DNA of 64,000 bases, from assembly GCA_964016885.1 (NCBI GenBank), contig OZ024743.1, positions 131,626,001-131,690,000 of the forward strand, read 5' to 3'. This document shows positions 1 through 13,900 of the stretch, piece after piece (the first letter of the stretch is position 1; each line of letters starts with the position of its first letter). Below the pieces are notes generated by a model. It did not search any database, was not told where the DNA came from, and worked only from the letters and a program-made list of their open reading frames with translations. The position numbers and the translations under genes are program-made. The stretch comes from Eledone cirrhosa. Lineage: Eukaryota.

Positions 1-569
1 CCAAACACCAAGCACCAAACACCAAGCACCAAGCACCAAGCACCAAGCACCAAGCACCAAACACCAATCACCAAGCCCCAAGCACCAAACACCAAGCACC
101 CAGCACCATACACCAAACACCAAGCACCAAGCACCCAGAACAAAGCACCAAGCACCAAACACCAAACACCAAACACCAAACACCAAGCACCAAGCACCAA
201 AGACCAAGCACCAAGCTCCAAGCACCAAACACCAAGCACCAACCACCAAGCACCAAACACCAAGCACCAGGCACCAAGCACCAAGCACCAAGCACCAAAC
301 ACCAATCACCAAGCACCAAACAGCAAACACCAAGCACCAAACACCAAACACCAAGCACCAAGCAACAAACACCAAACACCAAGCACCAAACACCAAGCAC
401 CAAGCCCCAAGCACCAAACACCAAGCACCAAGCACCAAACACCAAGCACCAAGCACCAAGCACCATGCACCAAACACCAAGCACCAAGCACCAAACAGCA
501 AACACCAAACAGCAAACACCAAACAGCAAACACCAAACAGCAAACACCAAACACCAAACACCAAACAGC

Positions 570-646
570 AAACGACAAAAAGCAAACGCCAAACTCCAAA
601 CGCCAAACAGCAAATGCCAAACCCCAAACGCCAAACAGCAAACGCC
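570..646. repeat. CpG-bearing variant cassette (AAACGCC-AAAAAGC-AAACGCC-AAAC(T/C)CC-AAACGCC-AAACAGC-AAATGCC-AAACCCC-AAACGCC), first of more than 20 copies
   Basis: It recurs near 3020, 3220, 4230, 12675, 12880, 15640, 15845, 16855, 22265, 22470, 23480, 33580, 34620, 44750, 44950, 48035, 48240, 49280, 49465, 58030, 58230, 61090 and 61270, with a degenerate copy near 63130. Confidence 0.88.
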
Positions 647-1311
647 AAGCACCAAACACCAAACACCAAGCGCCAAGCACCAAACACCAAACACCAAGCA
701 CCAAGCACCAAACACCAAACACCAAGCACCAAGTACCAAACACCAAACACCAAGCACCAAACACCAAACACCAAGCACCAAGCGCCAAACACCAAGCACC
801 AAGCACCAAGCACCAAACACCAAACACCAAGCACCAATCACCAAACACCAAACACCAAGCGCCAAACACCAAACACCAAACACCTAGCACCAATCACCAA
901 TCACCAAACACCAAGCACCAAACACCAAGCACCAAGCACCAAGCACCAAGCACCAAGCACCAAACACCAATCACCAAGCCCCAAGCACCAAACACCAAGC
1001 ACCCAGCACCAAACACCAAACACCAAGCACCAAGCACCCAGAACAAAGCACCAAGCACCAAACACCAAGCACCAAGCACCAAGCACCAAGCACCAAACAC
1101 CAATCACCAAGCCCCAAGCACCAAACACCAAGCACCAAGCACCAAACACCAAACACCAAGCACCCAGAACCAAGCACCAAGCACCAAACACCAAACACCA
1201 AGCACCAAGCACCAAACACCAAACACCAAGCACCAAGCACCAAGCACCAAGCACCAAACACCATACACCAAGCACCAAGGACCAAACACCAAAAACCAAT
1301 CACCAAGCACC

Positions 1312-4300
1312 AAAGAGCAAACACCAAGCCCCAAGCACCAAACACCAAACACCAAACACCAAATAGCAAACACTAAACACCAAACACCAAACAGCAAACA
1401 CAAAACACTAAATAGCGAACACCAAACAGCAAACACCAAACACCAAACAGCAAACACCAAACACCAACCAGGAAACACCAACCAGGAAACACCAAACACC
1501 AAGCACCAAGCCCCAAGCACCAAACACCAAGCACCAAGCACCAAACACCAAGCACCATGCACCAAGCACCATGCACCAAACACCAAGCACCAAGCACCAA
1601 ACAGCAAACACCAAACAGCAAACACCAAACACCAAACACCAACCAGCAAACACCAAACACCAAACACCAAACAGCAAACACCAAACACCAAACACCAAGC
1701 ACCAAGCACCCAGAACCAAGCACCAAGCACCAAACACCAAACACCAACCACCAAGCACCAGGCCCAAACACCAAGCACCAATCACCAAGCACCAAGCACC
1801 AAGCAACAAACACAAAGCACCAATCACCAAGCACCGAGCACCAAGCACCAAGCACCAAGCACCAAACACCAAGCACCAAACACTAAACACCAAGCACCAA
1901 GCACCAATCACCAAACACCAAGCACCAAGCACCAAACACCAAACAGCAAGCACCAAGCACCAAACACCAAACACCAAGTACCAAGCCCAAAGCACCAAAC
2001 ACCAAGCACCTAGCAGCAAGCACCAAACACCAAACACCAAGCACCAAGCACCAAGAACCAAGCACCAAGCACCAAGCACCAAGCACCAAACACCAATCAC
2101 CAAGCCCCAAGCACCAAACACCAAGCACCAAGCACCAAACACCAAACACCAAGCACCAAGCACCCAGAACCAAGCACCAAGCACCAAACACCAAACACCA
2201 ACCACCAAGCACCAAACACCAAACACCAAGCACCAAGCACCAAGCACCAAGCACCAAACACCAAACACCAAACACCAAACACCAAGGACCAATCACCAAA
2301 CACCAAGCACCAAGCACCAAACACCAAACACCAAACACCTAGCACCAAGCACCAAGCACCAAACACCAAGCACCAAACACCAAGCACCAAGCACCAAGCA
2401 CCAAGCACCAAGCACCAAACACCAATCACCAAGCCCCAAGCACCAAACACCAAGCACCCAGCACCATACACCAAACACCAAGCACCAAGCACCCAGAACA
2501 AAGCACCAAGCACCAAACACCAAACACCAAACACCAAACACCAAGCACCAAGCACCAAAGACCAAGCACCAAGCTCCAAGCACCAAACACCAAGCACCAA
2601 ACACCAAACACCAAGCACCAAGCACCAAACACCAAGCACCAAGCGCCAAACACCAAACTCCAAGCACCAAGCACCAAACACCAAGCACCAACCACCAAGC
2701 AACAAACACCAAGCACCAGGCACCAAGCACCAAGCACCAAGCACCAAACACCAAGCACCAAGCACCAAACAGCAAACACCAAGCACCAAACACCAAACAC
2801 CAAGCACCAAGCAACAAACACCAAACACCAAGCACCAAACACCAATCACCAAGCCCCAAGCACCAAACACCAAGCACCAAGCACCAAACACCAAGCACCA
2901 AGCACCAAGCACCATGCACCAAACACCAAGCACCAAGCACCAAACAGCAAACACCAAACAGCAAACACCAAACAGCAAACACCAAACAGCAAACACCAAA
3001 CACCAAACACCAAACAGCAAACGCCAAAAAGCAAACGCCAAACTCCAAACGCCAAACAGCAAATGCCAAACCCCAAACGCCAAACAGCAAACGCCAAGCA
3101 CCAAACACCAAACACCAAGCGCCAAGCACCAAACACCAAACACCAAGCACCAAGCACCAAACACCAAACACCAAGCACCAAGTACCAAACACCAAACACC
3201 AAGCACCAAACACCAAACAGCAAACGCAAAAAAGCAAACGCCAAACCCCATACGCCAAACAGCAAATGCCAAACCCCAAATGCCAAACAGCAAACGCCAA
3301 GCACCAAACACCAAGCACCAAGCACCAAGCACCAAGCACCAAACACCAAACACCAAGCACCAATCACCAAACACCAAACACCAAGCGCCAAACACCAAAC
3401 ACCAAACACCTAGCACCAATCACCAATCACCAAACAGCAAGCACCAAACGCCAAGCACCAAGCACCAAGCACCAAGCACCAAACACCAATCACCAAGCCC
3501 CAAGCACCAAACACCAAGCACCCAGCACCAAACACCAAACACCAAGCACCAAGCACCCAGAACAAAGCACCAAGCACCAAACACCAAGCACCAAGCACCA
3601 AGCACCAAGCACCAAACACCAATCACCAAGCCCCAAACACCAAACACCAAGCACCAAGCACCCAGAACCAAGCACCAAGCACCAAACACCAAACACCAAG
3701 CACCAAGCACCAAACACCAAACACCAAGCACCAAGCACCAAGCACCAAGCACCAAACACCATACACCAAGCACCAAGGACCAAACACCAAAAACCAATCA
3801 CCAAGCACCAAAGAGCAAACACCAAGCCCCAAGCACCAAACACCAAACACCAAACACCAAATAGCAAACACTAAACACCAAACACCAAACAGCAAACACA
3901 AAACACCAAATAGCAAACACCAAACAGCAAACACCAAACACCAAACAGCAAACACCAAACACCAACCAGGAAACACCAACCAGGAAACACCAAACACCAA
4001 GCACCAAGCCCCAAGCACCAAACACCAAGCACCAAGCACCAAACACCAAGCACCATGCACCAAGCACCATGCACCAAACACCAAGCACCAAGCACCAAAC
4101 AGCAAACACCAAACAGTAAACACCAAACACCAAACACCAACCAGCAAACACCAAACACCAAACACCAAACAGCAAACACCAAACAGCAAACACCAAACAG
4201 CAAACACCAAACACCAAACACCAAACAGCAAACGCCAAAAAGCAAACGCCAAACTCCAAACGCCAAACAGCAAACGCCAAGGACCAAACACCAAACACCA

Positions 4301-7300
4301 AGCGCCAAGCACCAAACACCAAACACCAAGCACCAAGTACCACACATCAAACACCGAGCACCAAACACCAAACACCAGGCCCAAACACCAAGCACCAATC
4401 ACCAAGCACCAAGCACCAAGCAACAAACATAAAGCACCAATCACCAAGCACCGAGCACCAAGCACCAAGCACCAAGCACCAAACACCAAGCACCAAACAC
4501 TAAACACCAAGCACCAAGCACCAATCACCAAACACCAAGCACCAAGCACCAAACACCAAACAGCAAGCACCAAGCACCAAACACCAAACACCAAGTACCA
4601 AGCCCAAAGCACCAAACACCAAGCACCTAGCAGCAAGCACCAAACACCAAACACCAAGCACCAAGCACCAAGCACCAAGCACCAAGCACCAAGCACCAAG
4701 CACCAAACACCAATCACCAAGCCCCAAGCACCAAACACCAAGCACCAAGCACCAAACACCAAACACCAAGCACCAAGCACCCAGAACCAAGCACCAAGCA
4801 CCAAACACCAAACACCAACCACCAAGCACCAAACACCAAACACCAAGCACCAAGCACCTAGCACCAAGCACCAAACACCAAACACCAAACACCAAACACC
4901 AAGGACCAATCACCAAACACCAAGCACCAAGCACCAAACACCAAACACCAAACACCTAGCACCAAGCACCAAGCACCAAACACCAAGCACCAAACACCAA
5001 GCACCAAGCACCAAGCACCAAGCACCAAGGACCAAACACCAATCACCAAGCCCCAAGCACCAAACACCAAGCACCAAGACCCAAACACCAAACACCAAGC
5101 ACCATGCACCCAGAACCAAGCACCAAGCACCAAACACCAAACACCAAGCACCAAGCACCAAACACCAAACACCAAGCACCAAGCACCAAACACTATACAC
5201 CAAGCACCAAGCACCAAACACCAAAAACCAATCACCAAGCACCAAAGAGCAAACACCAAGCCCCAAGCACCAAACACCAAACACCAAACACCAAAAAGCA
5301 AACACTAAACACAAAACACCAAACAGCAAACACCAAACACCAAATAGCAAACACCAAACACCAACCAGGAAACAGCAAACACCAAACAGCAAACGCCAAA
5401 CAGCAAACACAAACACCAAACACCAAACACCAAGCACCAAGCACCAAGCACAAAACACCAAGCACCAAGCGCCAAGCACCAAACACCAAACACCAAACAC
5501 CAAACAGCAAACACCAATCACCAAACACCAGACACCAAACACCAAACAGCAAACACCAAACACCAAACAGCAAACACCAAACACCAAACACCAAACAGCA
5601 AACACGAAACAGCAAACAGCAAACAGCAAACACCAAACAGCAAACACCAAACAGCAAACAGCAAACACCAAACTCCAAACACAAAGCACCAAGCACCAAA
5701 CACCAAGCACCAAGCAACAAGCACCAATCACCAAGCACCAAGCACTAAACACCAAACACCTAGCACCAAGCACCAAGCACCAAACACCAAGCACCAAGCA
5801 CCAAGCACCAAACACCAAGCACCAAAGACCAAGCCCCAAATACCAAGCACCAAGCACCAAACACTAATCACCAGGGACCAAGCACCAAACACCAAGAACC
5901 AAGCACCAAGCACTAAACACCAAACACCAAGCACCAAACACCAAACACCAAGCACCAAGTACCAAACTCCAAACACCAAACACCAAGCACCAAGCACCAA
6001 ATCCCAAGCACCAAACACCAAGCACCAATCACCAAACACCAAACACCAAGCGCCAAGCACCAAACACCAAGCACCAAGCACGAAACACCAAGCACCAAGC
6101 ACCGAGCACCAAACACCAAGTACCAAGCACCAATCACCAAACACCAAGCACCAAGCACCAAACACCAAACAGCAAGCACCAAGCACCAAGCACCAAACAT
6201 AAAACAACAAGTACCAAAGCACCAAACACCAAACACCAAACACCAAACACCAAGCACAAAGCACCAAACACCAAACACCAAGCACCAAGCACCAGACACC
6301 AAGCACCAAGCACCAAGCACCAAGCACCAAAAACAAAGCACCAAGCTCCAAGGACCAAACACCAAGCACCAAACACCAAACACAAAGCACCAAGCACCAA
6401 ACACCAAACACCAAGCACCAAGCACCAAACACCAAACACCAAGCACCAATCACCAAACACCAAGCACCAAGCGCCAAACACCAAACACCAAACACCTAGC
6501 ACCAAGCACCAAGCACCGAACACCAAGCACCAAACACCAAGCACCAAGCACCAAACACCAAGCACCAAGACCCAAACACCAAACACCAAGCACCATGCAC
6601 CCAGAACCAAGCACCAAGCACCAAACACCAAACACCAAGCACCAAGCACCAAACACCAAACACCAAGCACCAAGCCCCAAGCACCAAGCACCAAACACCA
6701 TACACCAAGCACCAAGCACCAAACACCAAAAACCAATCACCAAGCACCAAAGAGCAAACACCAAGCCCCAAGCACCAAACACCAAACACCAAACACCAAA
6801 AAGCAAACACTAAACACAAAACACCAAACAGCAAACACCAAACACCAAATAGCAAACACCAAACACCAACCAGGAAACACCAAACAGCAAACACCAAACA
6901 GCAAACGCCAAACAGCAAACACAAACACCAAACACCAAGCACCAAGCACCAAGCACCAAGCACAAAACACCAAGCACCAAGCGCCAAGCACCAAACACCA
7001 AACACCAAACACCAAACAGCAAACACCAATCACCAAACACCAGACACCAAACACCAAACAGCAAACACCAAACACCAAACAGCAAACACCAAACACCAAA
7101 CACCAAACAGCAAACACGAAACAGCAAACACCAAACAGCAAACACCAAACAGCAAACACCAAACAGCAAACAGCAAACACCAAACTCCAAACACCAAGCA
7201 CCAAGCACCAAACACCAAGCACCAAGCAACAAGCACCAATCACCAAGCACCAAGCACTAAACACCAAACACCTAGCACCAAGCACCAAGCACCAAACACC

Positions 7301-10300
7301 AAGCACCAAGCACCAAACACTAAGCACCAAAGACCAAGCCCCAAATACCAAGCACCAAGCACCAAACCCTAATCACCAGGGACCAAGCACCAAACACCAA
7401 GAACCAAGCACCAAACACTAAACACCAAACACCAAGCACCAAGCACCAAACACCAATCACCAAGCACCAAGTACCAAACTCCAAACACCAAACACCAAGC
7501 ACCAAGCACCAAATCCCAAGCACCAAACACCAAGCACCAATCACCAAACACCAAACACCAAGCGCCAAGCACCAAACACCAAGCACCAAGCACGAAACAC
7601 CAAGCACCAAGCACTGAGCACCAAACACCAAGTACCAAGCACCAATCACCAAACACCAAGCACCAAGCACCAAACACCAAACAGCAAGCACCAAGCACCA
7701 AGAACCAAACATAAAACAACAAGTACCAAGCACCAAACACCAAACACCAAACACCAAACACCAAGCACAAAGCACCAAACACCAAACACCAAGCACCAAG
7801 CACCAGACACCAAGCACCAAGCACCAAGCACCAAGCACCAAAAACCAAGCACCAAGCTCCAAGGACCAAACACCAAGCACAAAACACCAAACACAAAGCA
7901 CCAAGCACCAAACACCAAACACCAAGCACCAAGCACCAAACACCAAACACCAAGCACCAATCACCAAACACCAAGCACCAAGCGCCAAACACCAAACACC
8001 AAACACCTAGCACCAAGCACCAAGCACCGAACACCAAGCACCAAACACCAAGCACCAAGCACCAAGCACCAAGCACCAAGCACCAAACACCAATCACCAA
8101 GCCCCAAGCACCAAACACCAAGCACCAAGACCCAAACACCAGAAACCAAGCACCATGCACCCAGAACCAAGCACCAAGCACCAAACACCAAACACCAAGC
8201 ACCAAGCACCAAACACCAAACACCAAGCACCAAGCACCAAGCACCAAGCACCAAACACCATACACCAAGCACCAAGCACCAAACACCAAAAACCAATCAC
8301 CAAGCACCAAAGAGCAAACACCAAGCCCCAAGCACCAAACACCAAACACCAAACACCAAACAACAAACACTAAACAACAAACACCAAACAGCAAACACCA
8401 AACACCAAATAGCAAACACCAAACACCAACCAGGAAACACCAAACAGCAGACACCAAACAGCAGTCGCCAAACAGCAAACACAAACACCAAACACCAAAC
8501 AGCAAGCACCAAGCACCAAGCACAAAACACCAAGCACCAGGCGCCAAGTACCAAACACCAAACACCAAACACCAAACAGCAAACACCAATCACCAAACAC
8601 CAGACACCAAACACCAAACAGCAAACACCAAACACCAAACAGCAAACACTAAACACCAAACACCAAACAGCAAACACCAAACAGCAAACACCAAACACCA
8701 AACACCAAACACCAAGCACCAAGCACCAAACACCAAGCACCAAGCAACAAACACCAATCACCAAGCACCAAGCACTAAAAACCAAACACCCAGCACCAAG
8801 CACCAAGCACCAAAGACCAAGCACCAAGCACCAAGCACCAAACACCAAGCACCAAAGACCAAGCCCCAAATACCAAGCACCTAGCACCAAACACCAATCA
8901 CCAGGCACCAAGCACCAAACACCAAGAACCAAGCACCAAGCACTAAACACCAAATACCAAGCACCAAGCACCAAACTCCAAACACCAAGCACCAAGTACC
9001 AAACTCCAAACACCAAACACCAAGCACCAAGCACCAAATCCCAAGCACCAAACACCAAGCACCAATCACCAAACACCAAACACCAAGCACCAAGCACCAA
9101 ACACCAAAAACCAAGCACCAAGCACCAAGCACCAAACACCAAACGCCAAACACCGAACACCAAGTACCAAGCGCAAAACACCAAGCACCAAGCGCCAAAG
9201 ACCAAACACCAGGCACCGAGCACGAAACACCAAGCACCAAGCACCAAACACGAAGAACCAAGCACCAAACACCAGACAGCAAGCACCAAGCACCAAACAC
9301 CATGCACCCAGAACCAAGCACCAAGCACCAAACACCAAACACCAAGCACCAAGCACCAAACACCAAACACCAAGCACCAAGCACCAAGCACCAAGCACCA
9401 AACACCATCCACCAAGCACCAAGCACCAAACACCAAAAACCAATCACCAAGCACCAAAGAGCAAACACCAAGCCCCAAGCACCAAACACCAAACACCAAA
9501 CACCAAACAACAAACACTAAACACCAAACAACAAACAGCAAACACCAAACACCAAATAGCAAACACCAAACACCAACCAGGAAACACCAAACAGCAAACA
9601 CCAAACAGCAAACGCCAAACAGCAAACACAAACACCAAACACCAAACACCAAGCACCAAGCACCAAGCACAAAACACCAAGCACCAAGCGCCAAGCACCA
9701 AACACCAAACACCAAACACCAAACAGCAAACACCAATCACCAAATACCAGACACCAAACACCAAACAGCAAACACCAAACACCAAACAGCAAACACCAAA
9801 CACCAAACACCAAACAGCAAACACGAAACAGCAAACACCAAACAGCAGACACCACACAGCAAACACCAAACAGCAAACACCAAACACCAAACACCAAACA
9901 CCAAGCACCAACCACCAAAGACCAAGCACCAAGCAACAAACACCAATCCCCAAGCACCGAGCACTAAAAACCAAACATCTAGCACCAAGCACCAAGCACC
10001 AAACACCAAGCACCAAGCACCAAGCACCAAACACCAAGCACCAAAGACCAAGCCCCAAATACCAAGCACCAAGCACCAAACACCAATCACCAGGCACCAA
10101 GCACCAAACACCAAGAACCAAGCACCAAGCACTAAACACCAAATACCAAGCACCAAGCACCAAACACCAAACACCAAGCACCAAGTACCAAACTCCAAAC
10201 ACCAAACACCAAGCACCAAGCACCAAATCCCAAGCACCAAACACCAAGCACCAATCACCAAACACCAAACACCAAGCACCAAGCACCAAACACCAAAAAC

Positions 10301-10938
10301 CAAGCACCAAGCACCAAGCACCAAACACCTAACGCCAAACACCGAAAACCAAGTACCAAGCACCAAACACCAAGCACCAAGCGTCAAAGACCAAACACCT
10401 AGCACCAAGCACGAAACACCAAGCACCAAGCACCGAGCACCAAACATCAAGTACCAGGCACCAATCACCAAACACCAAGAACCAAGCACCAAACACCAGA
10501 CAGCAAGCACCAAGCACCAAACACCAAACTCCAAGCACCAAGCACCAAACACCAAGCACCAAGCGCCAAAGACCAAACACCAGGCACCAAGCACGAAACA
10601 CCAAGCACCAAGCACCAAACACCAAGAACCAAGCACCAAACACCAGACAGCAAGCACCAAGCACCAAACACCAAACACCAAGCACCAAGCACCAAACACC
10701 AAGCACCAAGTGCCAAACACCAAACACCAAGCACCAAGCACCAAACACCAAGCACCAACCACCAAGCACCAAACACCAAGCACCAAGCACCAAACACCAA
10801 GCACCAATCACCAAACAGCAAGCACCAAGCACCAAACACCAAACACCAAGCACCAAGCACCAAACACCAAGCACCAAGCACCAAACACCAAACACCAAGC
10901 ACCAAGCACCAAACACCAAAAACCAATCACCAAGCACC
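1312..10938. repeat. Super-cycle 1 (9,627 bp): blocks of 2498, 1434, 1505, 1560, 1147 and 1483 bp
   Basis: The block starting at 1312 recurs at 10939. Identical translations at 1373..1879 and 11000..11506 give an offset of 9627. Confidence 0.85.
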
Positions 10939-13900
10939 AAAGAGCAAACACCAAGCCCCAAGCACCAAACACCAAACACCAAACACCAAATAGCAAACAC
11001 TAAACACCAAACACCAAACAGCAAACACAAAACACTAAATAGCGAACACCAAACAGCAAACACCAAACACCAAACAGCAAACACCAAACACCAACCAGGA
11101 AACACCAACCAGGAAACACCAAACACCAAGCACCAAGCCCCAAGCACCAAACACCAAGCACCAAGCACCAAACACCAAGCACCATGCACCAAGCACCATG
11201 CACCAAACACCAAGCACCAAGCACCAAACAGCAAACACCAAACAGCAAACACCAAACACCAAACACCAACCAGCAAACACCAAACACCAAACACCAAACA
11301 GCAAACACCAAACACCAAACACCAAGCACCAAGCACCCAGAACCAAGCACCAAGCACCAAACACCAAACACCAACCACCAAGCACCAGGCCCAAACACCA
11401 AGCACCAATCACCAAGCACCAAGCACCAAGCAACAAACACAAAGCACCAATCACCAAGCACCGAGCACCAAGCACCAAGCACCAAGCACCAAACACCAAG
11501 CACCAAACACTAAACACCAAGCACCAAGCACCAATCACCAAACACCAAGCACCAAGCACCAAACACCAAACAGCAAGCACCAAGCACCAAACACCAAACA
11601 CCAAGTACCAAGCCCAAAGCACCAAACACCAAGCACCTAGCAGCAAGCACCAAACACCAAACACCAAGCACCAAGCACCAAGCACCAAGCACCAAGCACC
11701 AAGCACCAAACACCAATCACCAAGCCCCAAGCACCAAACACCAAGCACCAAGCACCAAACACCAAACACCAAGCACCAAGCACCCAGAACCAAGCACCAA
11801 GCACCAAACACCAAACACCAACCACCAAGCACCAAACACCAAACACCAAGCACCAAGCACCAAGCACCAAGCACCAAACACCAAACACCAAACACCAAAC
11901 ACCAAGGACCAATCACCAAACACCAAGCACCAAGCACCAAACACCAAACACCAAACACCTAGCACCAAGCACCAAGCACCAAACACCAAGCACCAAACAC
12001 CAAGCACCAAGCACCAAGCACCAAGCACCAAGCACCAAACACCAATCACCAAGCCCCAAGCACCAAACAACAAGCACCCAGCACCATACACCAAACACCA
12101 AGCACCAAGCACCCAGAACAAAGCACCAAGTACCAAACACCAAACACCAAACACCAAACACCAAGCACCAAGCACCAGACACCAAGCACCAAGCACCAAG
12201 CACCAAGCACCAAAGACCAAGCACCAAGCTCCAAGCACCAAACACCAAGCACCAAACACCAAACACCAAGCATCAAGCACCAAACACCAAGCACCAAGCG
12301 CCAAACACCAAACTCCAAGCACCAAGCACCAAACACCAAGCACCAACCACCAAGCACCAAACACCAAGCACCAGGCACCAAGCACCAAGCACCAAGCACC
12401 AAACACCAAGCACCAAGCACCAAACAGCAAACACCAAGCACCAAACACCAAACACCAAGCACGAAGCAACAAACACCAAACACCAAGCACCAAACACCAA
12501 TCACCAAGCCCCAAGCACCAAACACCAAGCACCAAGCACCAAACACCAAGCACCAAGCACCAAGCACCATGCACCAAACACCAAGCACCAAGCACCAAAC
12601 AGCAAACACCAAACAGCAAACACCAAACAGCAAACACCAAACAGCAAACACCAAACACCAAACACCAAACAGCAAACGCCAAAAAGCAAACGCCAAACTC
12701 CAAACGCCAAACAGCAAATGCCAAACCCCAAACGCCAAACAGCAAACGCCAAGCACCAAGCACCAAACACCAAGCGCCAAGCACCAAACACCAAACACCA
12801 AGCACCAAGCACCAAACACCAAACACCAAGCACCAAGTACCAAACACCAAACACCAAGCACCAAACACCAAACAGCAAACGCAAAAAAGCAAACGCCAAA
12901 CCCCATACGCCAAACAGCAAATGCCAAACCCCAAACACCAAACACCAAGCGCCAAACACCAAACACCAAACACCTAGCACCAATCACCAATCACCAAACA
13001 GCAAGCACCAAACGCCAAGCACCAAGCACCAAGCACCAAGCACCAAGCACCAAATACCAATCACCAAGCCCCAAGCACCAAACACCAAGCACCCAGCACC
13101 AAACACCAAACACCAAGCAACAAGCACCCAGAACAAAGCACCAAGCACCAAACACCAAGCACCAAGCACCAAGCACCAAACACCAATCACCAAGCCCCAA
13201 ACACCAGACACCAAGCACCAAGCACCCAGAACCAAGCACCAAGCACCAAACACCAAACACCAAGCACCAAGCACCAAACACCAAACACCAAGCACCAAGC
13301 ACCAAGCACCAAGCACCAAACACCATACACCAAGCACCAAGGACCAAACACCAAAAACCAATCACCAAGCACCAAAGAGCAAACACCAAGCCCCAAGCAC
13401 CAAACACCAAACACCAAACACCAAATAGCAAACACTAAACACCAAACACCAAACAGCAAACACAAAACACCAAATAGCAAACACCAAACAGCAAACACCA
13501 AACACCAAACAGCAAACACCAAACACCAACCAGGAAACACCAACCAGGAAACACCAAACACCAAGCACCAAGCCCCAAGCACCAAACACCAAGCACCAAG
13601 AACCAAACACCAAGCACCATGCACCAAGCACCATGCACCAAACACCAAGCACCAAGCACCAAACAGCAAACACCAAACAGTAAACACCAAACACCAAACA
13701 CCAACCAGCAAACACCAAACACCAAACACCAAACAGCAAACACCAAACAGCAAACACCAAACAGCAAACACCAAACACCAATCACCAAACAGCAAGCACC
13801 AAGCACCAAACACCAAACACCAAGCACCAAGCACCAAACACCAAGCACCAAGCACCAAACACCAAACACCAAGCACCAAGCGCCAAACACCAAAAACCAA

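Noticed and set aside
1466-1486. CCAGG (Dcm/EcoRII site) and Chi-like GCTTGGTG motifs as bacterial signals
   Set aside because: CCAGG arises from unit variants. I did not find the exact E. coli Chi sequence GCTGGTGG, and nothing in the window indicates a prokaryotic origin.
6209-6223. Extra A (AAGTACC-AAAGCACC) breaking phase
   Set aside because: It is a singleton in an A-run and absent from homologues near 7721, 27311, 38478 and 52970, so it may be a homopolymer error and is not interpreted.
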